Origin: Alphaproteobacteria bacterium
GTDB lineage: Bacteria; Pseudomonadota; Alphaproteobacteria; UBA828
Reading direction: 5' to 3'
Assembly: GCA_965220745.1 (NCBI GenBank)
Contig: CBDCQT010000010.1
Coordinates: forward strand, 224,001 to 288,000
DNA: 64,000 bases
Below, one piece after another: positions 52,823 through 62,142 of the stretch (positions are counted from its first letter, which is position 1; each line of letters begins with the position of its first letter). The notes below the pieces were generated by a model. It was not told where the DNA came from and ran no database searches. It saw nothing but the letters and a program-made list of their open reading frames with translations. The translations under genes and the position numbers were made by a program.

Positions 52823-53140
52823 CTAGCCTCCTGCGGCCGAGATGTCGGGATAGAGCGCCGCCTTGAAGGGCTGCATGCCGACGCGCCGGTACGTCGCGAG
52901 AAAGGCTTCGTCTTCGTCCGACCGGAGCTTGAGGTAGGTGTCGATCAGCCGCTCCACGGCAGGGACGACGTCGTCTGTTGCAAAGCCAGGGCCTGTGCGT
53001 TCGCCGAGCGCGGCGGTCTCCGTTCCGTCGCCTCCAAGGGTGATTTGGTAGTTCTCGGCACCGGCACGATCGAGGCCGAGAATGCCGATGTGCCCGACAT
53101 GGTGATGCCCGCACGCATTGATACAGCCAGAAATCTTGAT
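52823..53140 (-). pseudogene. Sulfite/nitrite reductase hemoprotein (CysI-like) C-terminal fragment, truncated by IS
   Basis: Manual translation IKISGCINACGHHHVGHIGILG...YQITLGG...PFKAALY*; 5' end abuts the IS at 53141. Confidence 0.85.
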
Positions 53141-54403
53141 TGACCTGCCCCCGTCGACTGGTCCAGGTCGAATGTTAGTGCATCGCGGGTTCCTCGGCCA
53201 AGCTGGGTGGCCGGCGGAGCGTAGCGGAGCCGGGCGGCCAGCTTGGCATGATGATCGTCTCCGGGGCCGGCGGCCGGTATCCCAGGCTGCCGTGTGGGCG
53301 GATCGCGTTGTAATGGCACCGCCACGATTCGATGAGAACCTGGGCTTCCTTCAGGGTGTAGAAGATCTCCCCGTTCAGGAGCTCGTCGCGCAGCCGCGCA
53401 TTGAAGCTCTCGATGTAGCCGTTCTCCCAGGGTGAGCCCGGCTCGATGAAGGCGGTGCGGGCGCTGACCGCAGCGATCCACCGCCTGACGGCCTCGGCGA
53501 CGAACTCCGGACCGTTGTCGGAACGGATCCAGGTCGGAATGCCGCGCAGGATGAACAGGTCGGTCAGCACATCGATGACGTCGATCGAGGAAAGCCTCCT
53601 GCGCACCCGGATGACCAGGCTCTCGCGGGTGAACTCGTCCAGGACGTTGAGCATGCGGAAGGCCCTGCCGTCATACGTCCGGTGATGGACGAAGTCGTAG
53701 GACCAGACGTGATCCGCCCTCTCGGCGCGCAGCCGGATGCAGGAGCCGTCATTGAGCCAAAGCCGGCCCCGCTTCGGTTGCTTGCCGGGCACCTTCAGCC
53801 CCTCGCGCCGCCACAAGCGCTCGATCCGCTTGTCGTTGACCTGCCAGCCGGCATCGCGAAGCAGGGCCGCGATGCGGCGATAGCCGTAACGGCCGTACTG
53901 GCGGGCCAGCTCGATCATGTACGCGACCAGGCGGTCCTCGTCGTCGCGGCCGCGCGGGATGCGGCGCTGGGTCGAGCGGTGCTGCCCCAGCACCCGGCAA
54001 GCGCGGCGTTCCGAGACCCCGAGCCGGTCACAGACATGATCGATGCACTGGCGCCGGCGCGAGGGGCTTAGAAGTTTCCCCCTGCGGCCTCTTTGAGAAT
54101 CTGCTTGTCCAGCGTCAGATCGGAGACCGCACGGCGCAGCCGCTCGTTCTCCTTCTCGAGCTCCTTCAAACGGCGGAGCTGATCGCCGCTCATCCCGGCA
54201 TACTCCTTGCGCCAGCGGTAGAAGGTAACCTCGCTGATCCCAAGCTCGCGGATCGCGTCCGCCATCGACATGCCCTGGCCGTTCAGAACCTCAGCCCGCC
54301 GCAGCAGGCTCACGATCTCCTCGGGCTTGTAACGCTTCCTTGCCATCGTCGGTCCTCCTCTTTCCATAACCTAAGGGTGGACCAATCCGATGGGGGAGGA
54401 TCA
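53141..54403 (-). mobile_element. Complete IS3-family element (IS407-like): orfA 54068-54346, orfB ending 53175, -1 frameshift
   Basis: Terminal IRs TGACCTGCCCCCGTCGACTGGTCCA / TGATCCTCCCCCATCGGATTGGTCCA; WSYDF, RSDNGPEF, ENGYIESFN; no target duplication. Confidence 0.93.
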
Positions 54404-54429
54404 GTGGCGTGTTCATGGACACATTCAAA

Positions 54430-54492
54430 GGGGGGGCAATTTTGGACGCCGATCACCCCCAATAGGGGGTCAATTTTCCACGCTTAACAACA
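54430..54492 (-). mobile_element. IS21-family left end (solo)
   Basis: Reverse strand TGTTGTTAAGCGTGGAAAATTGACCCC...ATCGGCGTCCAAAATTGCCCCC shares the repeat with the ends at 19910/45371. Confidence 0.75.
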
Positions 54493-54650
54493 GCTCTGGG
54501 CGAGGCGGACGGGCGCCGAGGTGGACTGTGCGCTGGTCGTGCGCAGGCCGTAGCGCTGACGGGATGCCGGAGATGGCGAATGAGCGAGAAGGAATTGAAG
54601 AGGGAGTGTGGAAACGGCGAATGGGAATAGGGGGGAGCAGAATGATCGAC

Positions 54651-54890
54651 ATGAACGAGCCTGAAATGCTGCGCCGCTCGGAGGTGGAAGCTCGGCTCGG
54701 CGTGTCGCGCAGTTGGATCTACTCGGAGATGCGGGCGGGGAGATTTCCGGAACCCGTGAGGATCGGTACGCGCGCGGTGAGATGGAGAGTAGCGGACTTG
54801 GATGAATGGGCGGCCGGGCGGCCGGCGTCACATGGAGACAAGAACGACAGCGAAGGCGGTGGCGGGGAGGAAGGCGGCCGACCTCCATGA
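54651..54890 (+). CDS. AlpA-family regulator/excisionase-like
   Basis: MLRRSEVEARLGVSRSWIY...GRFPEPVRIG.RAVRW. Confidence 0.87.
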   Translation: MNEPEMLRRSEVEARLGVSRSWIYSEMRAGRFPEPVRIGTRAVRWRVADLDEWAAGRPASHGDKNDSEGGGGEEGGRPP

Positions 54891-54984
54891 CTATGGCGGT
54901 GAAGAGGGAGGCTGGATTTAGCGCCTGTTCGTGGCGTAGAGCCTGTGGCTTCCTGCAAAAAACTTGGCGGAAGGCGGCGTGCAT

Positions 54985-56160
54985 TCATGGCCGGAGTTGC
55001 ACGGCGGTAGCGCCCCCGCCCGTGAGGTATTGGGCCCAGTCTGCCATGAGGTGGCGGCGGCGCTCGAACAGATCGCTCCGAAAATAGGCGCCCTCGACTC
55101 CGGGAACCGTGTGGGCGAGGGCAGCTTCGGCGAGCTCCCGGGGTTGCCCGGTCTCGGCGCACCAATCCCGGAAGCTCGAACGAAATCCATGAACGGTGGC
55201 CCGTTCGGCCAGGCCGGTGTCGCGAAGAAGCTTGGTCAAGGCCATATCGGAAAGGGGACGACCCTTGCGAACGGGAGAGGGAAAGATCAGGTCGGAGTCC
55301 TTGCGCAAGGGGCGTGCCCTTGCGAGCACGCTGAGCGCGGCGTCAGAAAGCGGTATGCGATGTTCGACGCCGGACTTCATGCGCCGGGCGGGAATGCGCC
55401 ACTCGCGTGCATCCAAATCAATTTCCTCCCAGGTCGCGCAGCGACTCTCGCCTGATCGTGCCGCCGTGAGGACCGTGAAGCGCAGGCACAGTCTTGCGAA
55501 CAGTGAGGCTCGCGAAGCGTCCACGGTTGCGAGTGCGTCGGGAACGTCGCGATACGGCAGGGAGCGGAGATGCTCTTTCACGGCGGGCTGAGCGGGGAGG
55601 GCTCCGTTAATGGCGTCTGCAGCGATGTTGGAGTCTACATGGCCATGTGCTTGGGCCCAGGCGAGGGTCGAGCGTATGGCTTGGCGCAGTTTTCGCGCCT
55701 GCTCGGGGCGGCTGGTCCACAGCGGAGTGAGCACACGCAGCACGTCCTCACGGCCGATCCTGTCGACGCGTTTGTCGCCGAGGATCGGGAAGACATGCTT
55801 GTTCAGTCCCTGCCACCACTTCTTGGCGACTCGTTCGCTGCGCCAGCGGGGGCGGTTTGCTTCGTGGGTCCGTTGGGCCGCCTCGCGGAAGGTAGGAGCC
55901 TTGACCTTGCGTTTGGCAGCCAAGGGATCGCCGCCGCCGCGCGCGAGCCGTCTGTTCTCAAACGCTTTGTCCCGGGCCTCCGCCAGACTGACCAGTGGAA
56001 AGCTGCCGAGTCCGATGTCGCGTCTGACGCCGTCTACGGTCACGCGCTGTATCCAGGACTTCGATCCGCCCGGGGTGACATTGAGAATTAGCGTGCCGCC
56101 ATCGCTGTAACGGCCCGGTCTGGAGAGTGCCCGTACCTTGGCGACGGACAACTTGGCCAT
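54985..56160 (-). CDS. P4-like tyrosine integrase with arm-binding domain
   Basis: PGRYSDG, GLGSFPLVSLAEAR, TAARSGE, MKSG, HGFRSSFRDW, ALAH...AY.RSD; intact. Confidence 0.95.
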   Translation of the reverse strand: MAKLSVAKVRALSRPGRYSDGGTLILNVTPGGSKSWIQRVTVDGVRRDIGLGSFPLVSLAEARDKAFENRRLARGGGDPLAAKRKVKAPTFREAAQRTHEANRPRWRSERVAKKWWQGLNKHVFPILGDKRVDRIGREDVLRVLTPLWTSRPEQARKLRQAIRSTLAWAQAHGHVDSNIAADAINGALPAQPAVKEHLRSLPYRDVPDALATVDASRASLFARLCLRFTVLTAARSGESRCATWEEIDLDAREWRIPARRMKSGVEHRIPLSDAALSVLARARPLRKDSDLIFPSPVRKGRPLSDMALTKLLRDTGLAERATVHGFRSSFRDWCAETGQPRELAEAALAHTVPGVEGAYFRSDLFERRRHLMADWAQYLTGGGATAVQLRP

Positions 56161-56163
56161 ATT

Positions 56164-56186
56164 CTCTTTCCCACGCTCTTTCCCAC
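56164..56186. repeat. Tandem CTCTTTCCCAC repeats (putative integrase arm sites)
   Basis: CTCTTTCCCAC at 56164-56174 and 56176-56186, between int and the tRNA. Confidence 0.5.
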
Positions 56187-56311
56187 AATTGGACCGGGAC
56201 CATACAGGAGCGGTACGGAAGAAGCAAGCACGAACACATGAAAAAAGCCCTGGATTTTCAGGGCTTAGGAGCGAATCCGGGGCATTCCACGGAACGCCCC
56301 GGATCAAGAAT

Positions 56312-56387
56312 TGGCTCCCCGGGCCGGACTCGAACCAGCGACCCAGCGGTTAACAGCCGCTTGCTCTACCAACTGAGCTACCGGGGA
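56312..56387 (-). tRNA. tRNA-Asn (GTT)
   Basis: TCCCCGGTAGCTCAGTTGGTAGAGCAAGCGGCTGTTAACCGC...GGTTCGAGTCC...GGGGAGCCA, 76 nt. Confidence 0.97.
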
Positions 56388-56550
56388 TCATCGATCGCTG
56401 TTTTGGCCGCTCACCTCTTGGCTGAACGTCCAATTGCGCGCCCTATATAGCATCAAGCCGGCCGCCATTCCAGACACCACCGCCTTGGGGCACCGCCGGC
56501 GGGGGCCGGTTGCACCGCCGGCTGAATCGTGGCAAGTCTCGGCCGCGTGT

Positions 56551-56626
<76 letters not shown>

Positions 56627-56960
56627 ATCCTTTCAATGGGTTAGGTGGCTTACCCGTATCCGCCGAAACTGCTGTGTCACCGGTATGTCACCGCAGCGCT
56701 GCAAGCTCGCGCTCCGGGCGCCCCATGAGTTGAAGCGGATGCGGCGCTGGCTCTCGGGCACAGACCGGCGTCCCCCTATGTCTCGGGTCAAGACACACTC
56801 CAGCGGCGGTCTTGTCCGTTGGATGGACAAAATACCATTTCGCCTTGATAGCCCCTGCAGGGCCCGGCATCTGCTTATCATCGCAATTGAAATGACAGTC
56901 AGTCTCATTACTGCGATTTTTGCCAGAGCTCACGCTAGTCATTCCTATTGAGAAGAATAA

Positions 56961-56975
56961 TGAGAATGGATTTCA
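56961..56975. promoter_or_regulatory. Fur-like box in AT-rich region upstream of bfr
   Basis: TGAGAAT-G-GATTTCA vs 7-1-7 TGATAAT-N-ATTATCA. Confidence 0.4.
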
Positions 56976-57165
56976 GAGAGAAAGCCAGTATCTTTTGAGC
57001 GTACGTTAGAATTAAATCAGCGATAAGTGCTTTAGTTCTTGCCATTATCTGGCTTTTGTACTATTTCATTAGATAATGGTGGCTTAGTGATCATTAGTGG
57101 ACCATGGAACAGCCTATCGTCGGCAGCCACCGCCCCCGGACGGGTTGGAACGAGTGGAGGAGCAA

Positions 57166-57645
57166 ATGAAGGGCGACCCCAAGGTCATCGAGTGTCTCAA
57201 TGCGGTGCTCAAGAACGAGCTGACCGCGATCAACCAGTATTTCCTGCACTCGCGGATGCTCCGGAACTGGGGCGTCTCCAAGCTCGCGAAATACGAGTAC
57301 GACCAATCCATTGACGAGATGAAGCACGCGGACGAGATCATCGAGCGCGTCCTGTTCCTCGAGGGCCTGCCTAACCTGCAGGATCTCGGCAAGCTCATGA
57401 TCGGCGAGGACGTAAAGGAAATCCTCGACTGCGACCTCGCCCTCGAGAACATGGCGATCCCCACCCTGCGGGAGGGAATCGCGCATTGCGAGCAGGTCGA
57501 CGACTACGTGACCCGGCACCTCCTGCGCGAGATCCTGGAGAGCGAGGAAGAGCACGTCGACTGGCTAGAGACGCAATACGAGCTGATCAAGCGGATGGGT
57601 CTCGAGAACTACGTCCAGCTTCAGAGCGAGCCAGCCGACGACTGA
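57166..57645 (+). CDS. bfr: Bacterioferritin
   Basis: [29 protein letters not shown] (heme Met), EEEHVDWL. Confidence 0.97.
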   Translation: MKGDPKVIECLNAVLKNELTAINQYFLHSRMLRNWGVSKLAKYEYDQSIDEMKHADEIIERVLFLEGLPNLQDLGKLMIGEDVKEILDCDLALENMAIPTLREGIAHCEQVDDYVTRHLLREILESEEEHVDWLETQYELIKRMGLENYVQLQSEPADD

Positions 57646-57837
57646 GCCGGAAACACGGACAGGCCTTCGATTATTCGGCGGGGGCCGAACCTCCGGCACG
57701 CACATCATCGGAAGCTGCCTCTTCGACGGGGCGCGTATCTTGCGCCTCGTGGGCGGGCCTCTCACCCCTGATCATGTCGCGAAGGGCTTGCGCCGCCTGG
57801 ACGATATCCGCCGGCTTCAGCGCGGCCCAGGCGTGCA

Positions 57838-58068
57838 TTAGGGGTGCGCGCCCTCGCCGACGGCCCGTTCCCTGATGGGTGCCGCCGGGCTGCCGTGCGG
57901 CCGGTCTTCGTGGACCCCGTCGATCAGTCCCTGGGCGAAGCTGAGGCAGCGGCCGCACTGGGGCCCGTTGCCCAGTTCCTGGTAAGCCTTGCGCGCGCAA
58001 CGGACACCGTTCTGCGCCACTGCGCGGATCTCGCTGTCCCGATAGGCATTGCAAACGCACACGTACAT
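57838..58068 (-). CDS. bfd: Bacterioferritin-associated ferredoxin
   Basis: MYVCVCN...CGRC 2Fe-2S motif. Confidence 0.88.
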   Translation of the reverse strand: MYVCVCNAYRDSEIRAVAQNGVRCARKAYQELGNGPQCGRCLSFAQGLIDGVHEDRPHGSPAAPIRERAVGEGAHP

Positions 58069-58106
58069 GGCGGCACTCCGCTCTACAGCTCCAATCTTGG
58101 AGAGAA

Positions 58107-58137
58107 TGCGAACGAGTGTCAATGAGAATTCGTGTCA
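58107..58137. promoter_or_regulatory. Tandem Fur-like boxes upstream of bfd
   Basis: TGCGAAC-G-AGTGTCA (58107-58121) and TGAGAAT-T-CGTGTCA (58123-58137). Confidence 0.45.
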
Positions 58138-58153
58138 GGTGCGTTCTCAGCGC

Positions 58154-59293
58154 TTATGTCCGCCGGGATACCGACGCGGCGACCAGGTGATTGTCCCAGC
58201 GAGCCGCTTCGAGGCCACCGACGGCGAGCGGTCGTGTCGTACCCGAGCGCGCATCGATGACAACCACGCCGCCCAGCCCGCTGCTGGCCAGAAACTCATC
58301 AGGAAGCGAGCCAGGTGCGATGCCGCAGCCGTCCGGGACCCTGGTGGATGACTGGTAGCGGCCCGTGCCAACATCCCAGAACGTCACGAGGTTGCCGCGC
58401 GGCGCGGAGACGGCGATGGTCCGGCCGCTCGGGTCGAAACAGACGCTGCCGCAGTAGTTCTTCATCGCCCGAATGACGTTCGGCGGACCGTGCAAGAGGT
58501 GTAGCGGGCCTTCCCCGCGCTGCAGGGCAACCAGAGGGACGCGGTCATGCGCCGGGCCCTCGTACTGCATGGCGACCGCGACCGTATCGTCGGGGGCCAC
58601 GGCCAGATGGCGGATGCTGAGCCGATGCAGAGCGGGGTCGAGTGTCAGTTCCCGCCGCAGCGCGCCGCTCCGCCTGTCCACGAAACAGAGCGACGGCGCC
58701 ATGGTGGGGAAGTTGAGCTTGACGCGAGGCAGGTCGGGGTGGGTCGCGATGCCGCCGTTGGCGACGACCAGGGTCTCGCCGTCGGAGAGCAGCGCCATCT
58801 CGTGCGGGCCGATGCCGTGGGAGGGAAGCTCGCCCAGGCGCTTGTACCCGCGCTCCGCGTCGTAGATGCCGATGACGCCGCGCTCGCCGTCGAAATCGTT
58901 TTCGGTGGCGTAGAGCAGCCGCCCGTCCGGGCTGAAGACGCCGTGCCCATAGAAATGTCGGTCGGTAGGCGCTTCCACTCGTCGGGCGACGGTGCCCTGC
59001 ACGAGGTCCAGAACCAGCGCGAAGCGTCCCGGACGCCTTGCGAAATGCACGGCAGCGCTTCCGTCGGGGCGCACAGCGAACGAATGGCCCCGCGCCGGCA
59101 GCGGCAGATCGAAGAGCGAGGTGACGTCCTCAGCAAAGCCGCTGACCCGGTAGCCGCCGGTGATGTCGGCGTGGGCGCTCAGATAGAGCGGCACGCAAGA
59201 GGCAGCGGCTTTGGCGCGGAACGGCGCTGGCAGCAACGAGCCGGCGACCCCGCCGGCGAGCAGGCGCAGCGTATTCCGGCGATCAATCGCCAT
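58154..59293 (-). CDS. DUF1513 TAT-exported beta-propeller
   Basis: DRRNTL; PARGH, ARRPG, HFYGHG.FS.DG, TEND, GIGPHE, ANGGI.THP, WDNH. Confidence 0.9.
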   Translation of the reverse strand: MAIDRRNTLRLLAGGVAGSLLPAPFRAKAAASCVPLYLSAHADITGGYRVSGFAEDVTSLFDLPLPARGHSFAVRPDGSAAVHFARRPGRFALVLDLVQGTVARRVEAPTDRHFYGHGVFSPDGRLLYATENDFDGERGVIGIYDAERGYKRLGELPSHGIGPHEMALLSDGETLVVANGGIATHPDLPRVKLNFPTMAPSLCFVDRRSGALRRELTLDPALHRLSIRHLAVAPDDTVAVAMQYEGPAHDRVPLVALQRGEGPLHLLHGPPNVIRAMKNYCGSVCFDPSGRTIAVSAPRGNLVTFWDVGTGRYQSSTRVPDGCGIAPGSLPDEFLASSGLGGVVVIDARSGTTRPLAVGGLEAARWDNHLVAASVSRRT

Positions 59294-60392
59294 CGAGGGC
59301 ATTGAAGCCGACGGTGAGCCCAAGCGCAGGCGCCAGGCGATCCCGCACGATTTGCTTCAGCGCCTGCACCTGCTTGGCGAGCTTTTGGACCGGCGGGCGG
59401 CGCGCGGGGTCGGCCGCTGCCTGCTCCACAGGGCCTTCGATTGACTGTGCCGTGGCAAGCGTGAGGCGGAACGCCTTCCGCATCAGGCGGTCGAGCTTGG
59501 GATCGGCAACGGCGGTGAGCTCGCCGAGACCGGCGCTGCCCTCGCCGAGATAGAGCGCCTGCAATGCCTCCAAGGTGACGGCGATGTTGTGCTGCGACCG
59601 CCCGCTCAGGCGGGATTCCGCCAGCACCGGGCGAACCGTTTGCGCGCTCTCGCCGATGACTGGCTTGAGGTTGATGTCGTAGATCAGCTGCAGGCTGTCG
59701 TGGAGCCCCTGGAAGAAGGCCAAGGTGGCGGCGGCATGATCCTCGAAATGAGGATTGTCAGGCCCCGGGGTCGACATCAGTTGGGCGAAGGCGTCGTCGC
59801 CCTCCCGCCACTCCGAGAGGATACCCGCCGCCATGGTGCGCATGTTCGCTGCCACGGCTGTGAGCAGCCCGCAGCCCTTGGCATCGGCGCCGAGATAGCG
59901 GTCGTCGTAGACAAGCACTTCGGCGGCCAACAGGCCCTGCACGGCCACGTTGGTGCGCCCGATGCGCGCAGCCAGCGTCGCGTCGTCCTCGCCGCCGGCG
60001 ACAAGCTCGGCAACGGCTTGGCCCACCTTGTTCCGTGCCTGGGGCCAGAAATAGAAGCGAAAACCGCGCATCCGGGAGTCGACCGGGCCGAAGCGCAGGT
60101 GCTGGACGCCCATCCACGCGTCCATGGCATCGTAAAAGGCGGCGCGGAGCCGCTCTTGATCGGCGCCGCTTTCCCCGGCGCAGAACGCCTCCGCAGCTCC
60201 GGCGAAGGCGTTCGTTGCTGTTGCCAGCTGCTCGTAGCGAGGCAGCGCATGGGTCTCCACCAGGGCGGCATTCACGCGGGCGTAATCGGCCGGTGCAATC
60301 TCCTGCGCGTGCGAGTCGGACGTGGCCCACAAAACGAGGAGACCAATCAGCGCGAGCGGCAAGAATGCACGGTTCATCAGGTCAGGTCCCAT
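59283..60392 (-). CDS. Imelysin-family protein
   Basis: AW...QHLRFGP, FWPQ, VQGLLAAE, GFNALDGD C-terminus. Confidence 0.88.
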   Translation of the reverse strand: MGPDLMNRAFLPLALIGLLVLWATSDSHAQEIAPADYARVNAALVETHALPRYEQLATATNAFAGAAEAFCAGESGADQERLRAAFYDAMDAWMGVQHLRFGPVDSRMRGFRFYFWPQARNKVGQAVAELVAGGEDDATLAARIGRTNVAVQGLLAAEVLVYDDRYLGADAKGCGLLTAVAANMRTMAAGILSEWREGDDAFAQLMSTPGPDNPHFEDHAAATLAFFQGLHDSLQLIYDINLKPVIGESAQTVRPVLAESRLSGRSQHNIAVTLEALQALYLGEGSAGLGELTAVADPKLDRLMRKAFRLTLATAQSIEGPVEQAAADPARRPPVQKLAKQVQALKQIVRDRLAPALGLTVGFNALDGD

Positions 60393-60395
60393 CCT

Positions 60396-61880
60396 TCAGA
60401 GGGAACGCAGGAAGGCAAGCAGCGCCGCGCGCTCCTCGCGCGTCATGGCGACGACGCGCTGTTTCGCCGCCTCCGCCTCGCCACCGTGCCAGAGGATCGC
60501 TTCGAGCAGGTTGCGGGCGCGGCCGTCGTGCAGAAAGAACGTGTGTCCGCTCACGGTCTCCGTGAGCCCGATGCCCCAGAGCGGCGGCGTGCGCCATTCG
60601 CGGCCGCTGGCCTCGCCCTCGGGCCGGCCGTCGGCGAGCCCTTCCCCCATGTCGTGAAGCAGGAGGTCGGTGTAGGGCCAGATGAGCTGGAAGGACTGCT
60701 CCTCTCCGATGGAGTCCCGACGCGTCACGAATTTGGGCGTGTGGCAGCCGATGCAGTTAGCGTCGTAGAAGAGCCGCTTGCCTTCGAGCACCTGCGGATC
60801 GCTCAGGTCACGACGCGCCGGCACGCCGAGATTGCGCGTGTAGAAGGTGAGCAGGTCGAAGAGCGCGGCGCTCGCCTCGACCGTGTGCTCTGCCGAAGCC
60901 CCGCCGTGCGGCGCGGTCCGGCATGTCTCCTGGATCTCCGTGCAGTCGCCGTGGGGAGGCGGGTAGAGCGGCGTCGAGATTCCCACATCGCCGCGAAAGG
61001 CTGCCGCCGCCTGCTGTGAGACGGTGGGCTGCCCTGCCTTCCAGCCGAAGCGGCCGAGCATGGGTTTGCCGTGCTCGTCGCTCCACACGGTGTTGGCCCG
61101 GCCCGAGATGCCGTCGCCGTCGCGGTCGTCCGGGTCGGTGCCGGCAAGGATGTCGGCGTCCGATATCGCCTCCAACAGGCCCATGCCGATGACCGGCGGC
61201 GCGACGCGGGGCGACAGCATCGTCTCCGGGTGAAGCGGCCCATAGTGCAAGCCTGAGATGCCATAGGTGGGCTTGCGGAGTTCGACCACCTCGCCGTCTG
61301 CCAGCGCGATCAGCATCTCCTCGTAGGCGATTGTTACATCGCCTTCAGCCAGAATTCCCTGTGTCGAGAAGTTCTGGAGCTGGCCGCCGTAGGTGGGCTC
61401 GGGGATTGTGGCTTGCCGGTGCTCCCGCAGCACCGCCCGGTCGGCCTCGGTCTGAGGCGGGATCGAGAGCCGCACGAGCATCGTTTCGGCCCGTTCGCCG
61501 ACCGCAGGCGGGCGGCCGCGGCCATCCTTCAGGTGACAGCGCTGACAGGCCCGTGCATTGAAGAGCGGACCGAGCCCGTCAGATGACGTGGTCGAGCTCG
61601 GCGCCGACACCCAGATCTTCCTGAAGATGCCGTTGCCGACCCTGAAGTCGCGCTGGAGTTTGAAAGGCATATTGGCGGAGGGGTGCGAAAACGCGTCCCG
61701 ATTCAGCCGCTTGAACACCGTCGCTGCGCCCGCCGGCCTGCGCTCGTAAGGCTCGGCCTTGGAGAAATCCTGCGTTGGCTGCGTCACTGCCGCGATGCGT
61801 GCCCGCTCGTCCTCCGGTTCCGCTGCCGGCAGGGCGTGGGCCATGGCCACGAGCACGACCGCGCCGGCCAATGCCGGCAT
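60396..61880 (-). CDS. Di-heme oxidoreductase family protein (DUF1111-type)
   Basis: DGLGPLFNA, CQRCH and CIGCH heme motifs, GRFGWKA, PYTDLLLHDMG, WRTPPLWG, HDGRAR. Confidence 0.92.
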   Translation of the reverse strand: MPALAGAVVLVAMAHALPAAEPEDERARIAAVTQPTQDFSKAEPYERRPAGAATVFKRLNRDAFSHPSANMPFKLQRDFRVGNGIFRKIWVSAPSSTTSSDGLGPLFNARACQRCHLKDGRGRPPAVGERAETMLVRLSIPPQTEADRAVLREHRQATIPEPTYGGQLQNFSTQGILAEGDVTIAYEEMLIALADGEVVELRKPTYGISGLHYGPLHPETMLSPRVAPPVIGMGLLEAISDADILAGTDPDDRDGDGISGRANTVWSDEHGKPMLGRFGWKAGQPTVSQQAAAAFRGDVGISTPLYPPPHGDCTEIQETCRTAPHGGASAEHTVEASAALFDLLTFYTRNLGVPARRDLSDPQVLEGKRLFYDANCIGCHTPKFVTRRDSIGEEQSFQLIWPYTDLLLHDMGEGLADGRPEGEASGREWRTPPLWGIGLTETVSGHTFFLHDGRARNLLEAILWHGGEAEAAKQRVVAMTREERAALLAFLRSL

Positions 61881-61955
61881 TGCACGCGCTACCGCTCTCT
61901 CGATCCGAGCGTATCCGGCGCCTGGCTCGGTGCTGAAACGATTTGAGAATAACAC

Positions 61956-62004
61956 TGATAATCTTTCGCAATTAAGTTGACGTGCATTCTAGGAACGATT
62001 ATCA
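61956..62004. promoter_or_regulatory. Fur-like boxes in divergent promoter
   Basis: TGATAAT-C-TTTCGCA (61956-61970) and TAGGAAC-G-ATTATCA (61990-62004). Confidence 0.55.
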
Positions 62005-62142
62005 GTCGCAGAGTAAGGCTGTCAACGTCGCCACGCGTGGGAGGGTAGCCGCGCGGGGGGTATCGCATCCCTCGGCGGTCGGCCGGTTCGCTGCCGGCCA
62101 GCGTTGGCAACACCGCGCTAGCTGCAGCAAAGGGGACAACCG

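Larger units (their letters stand above)
19855..56330. mobile_element. Genomic island integrated at tRNA-Asn
   Basis: 19-bp direct repeats, P4-like integrase next to the tRNA, AlpA genes, IS debris, accessory cargo. Confidence 0.88.
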
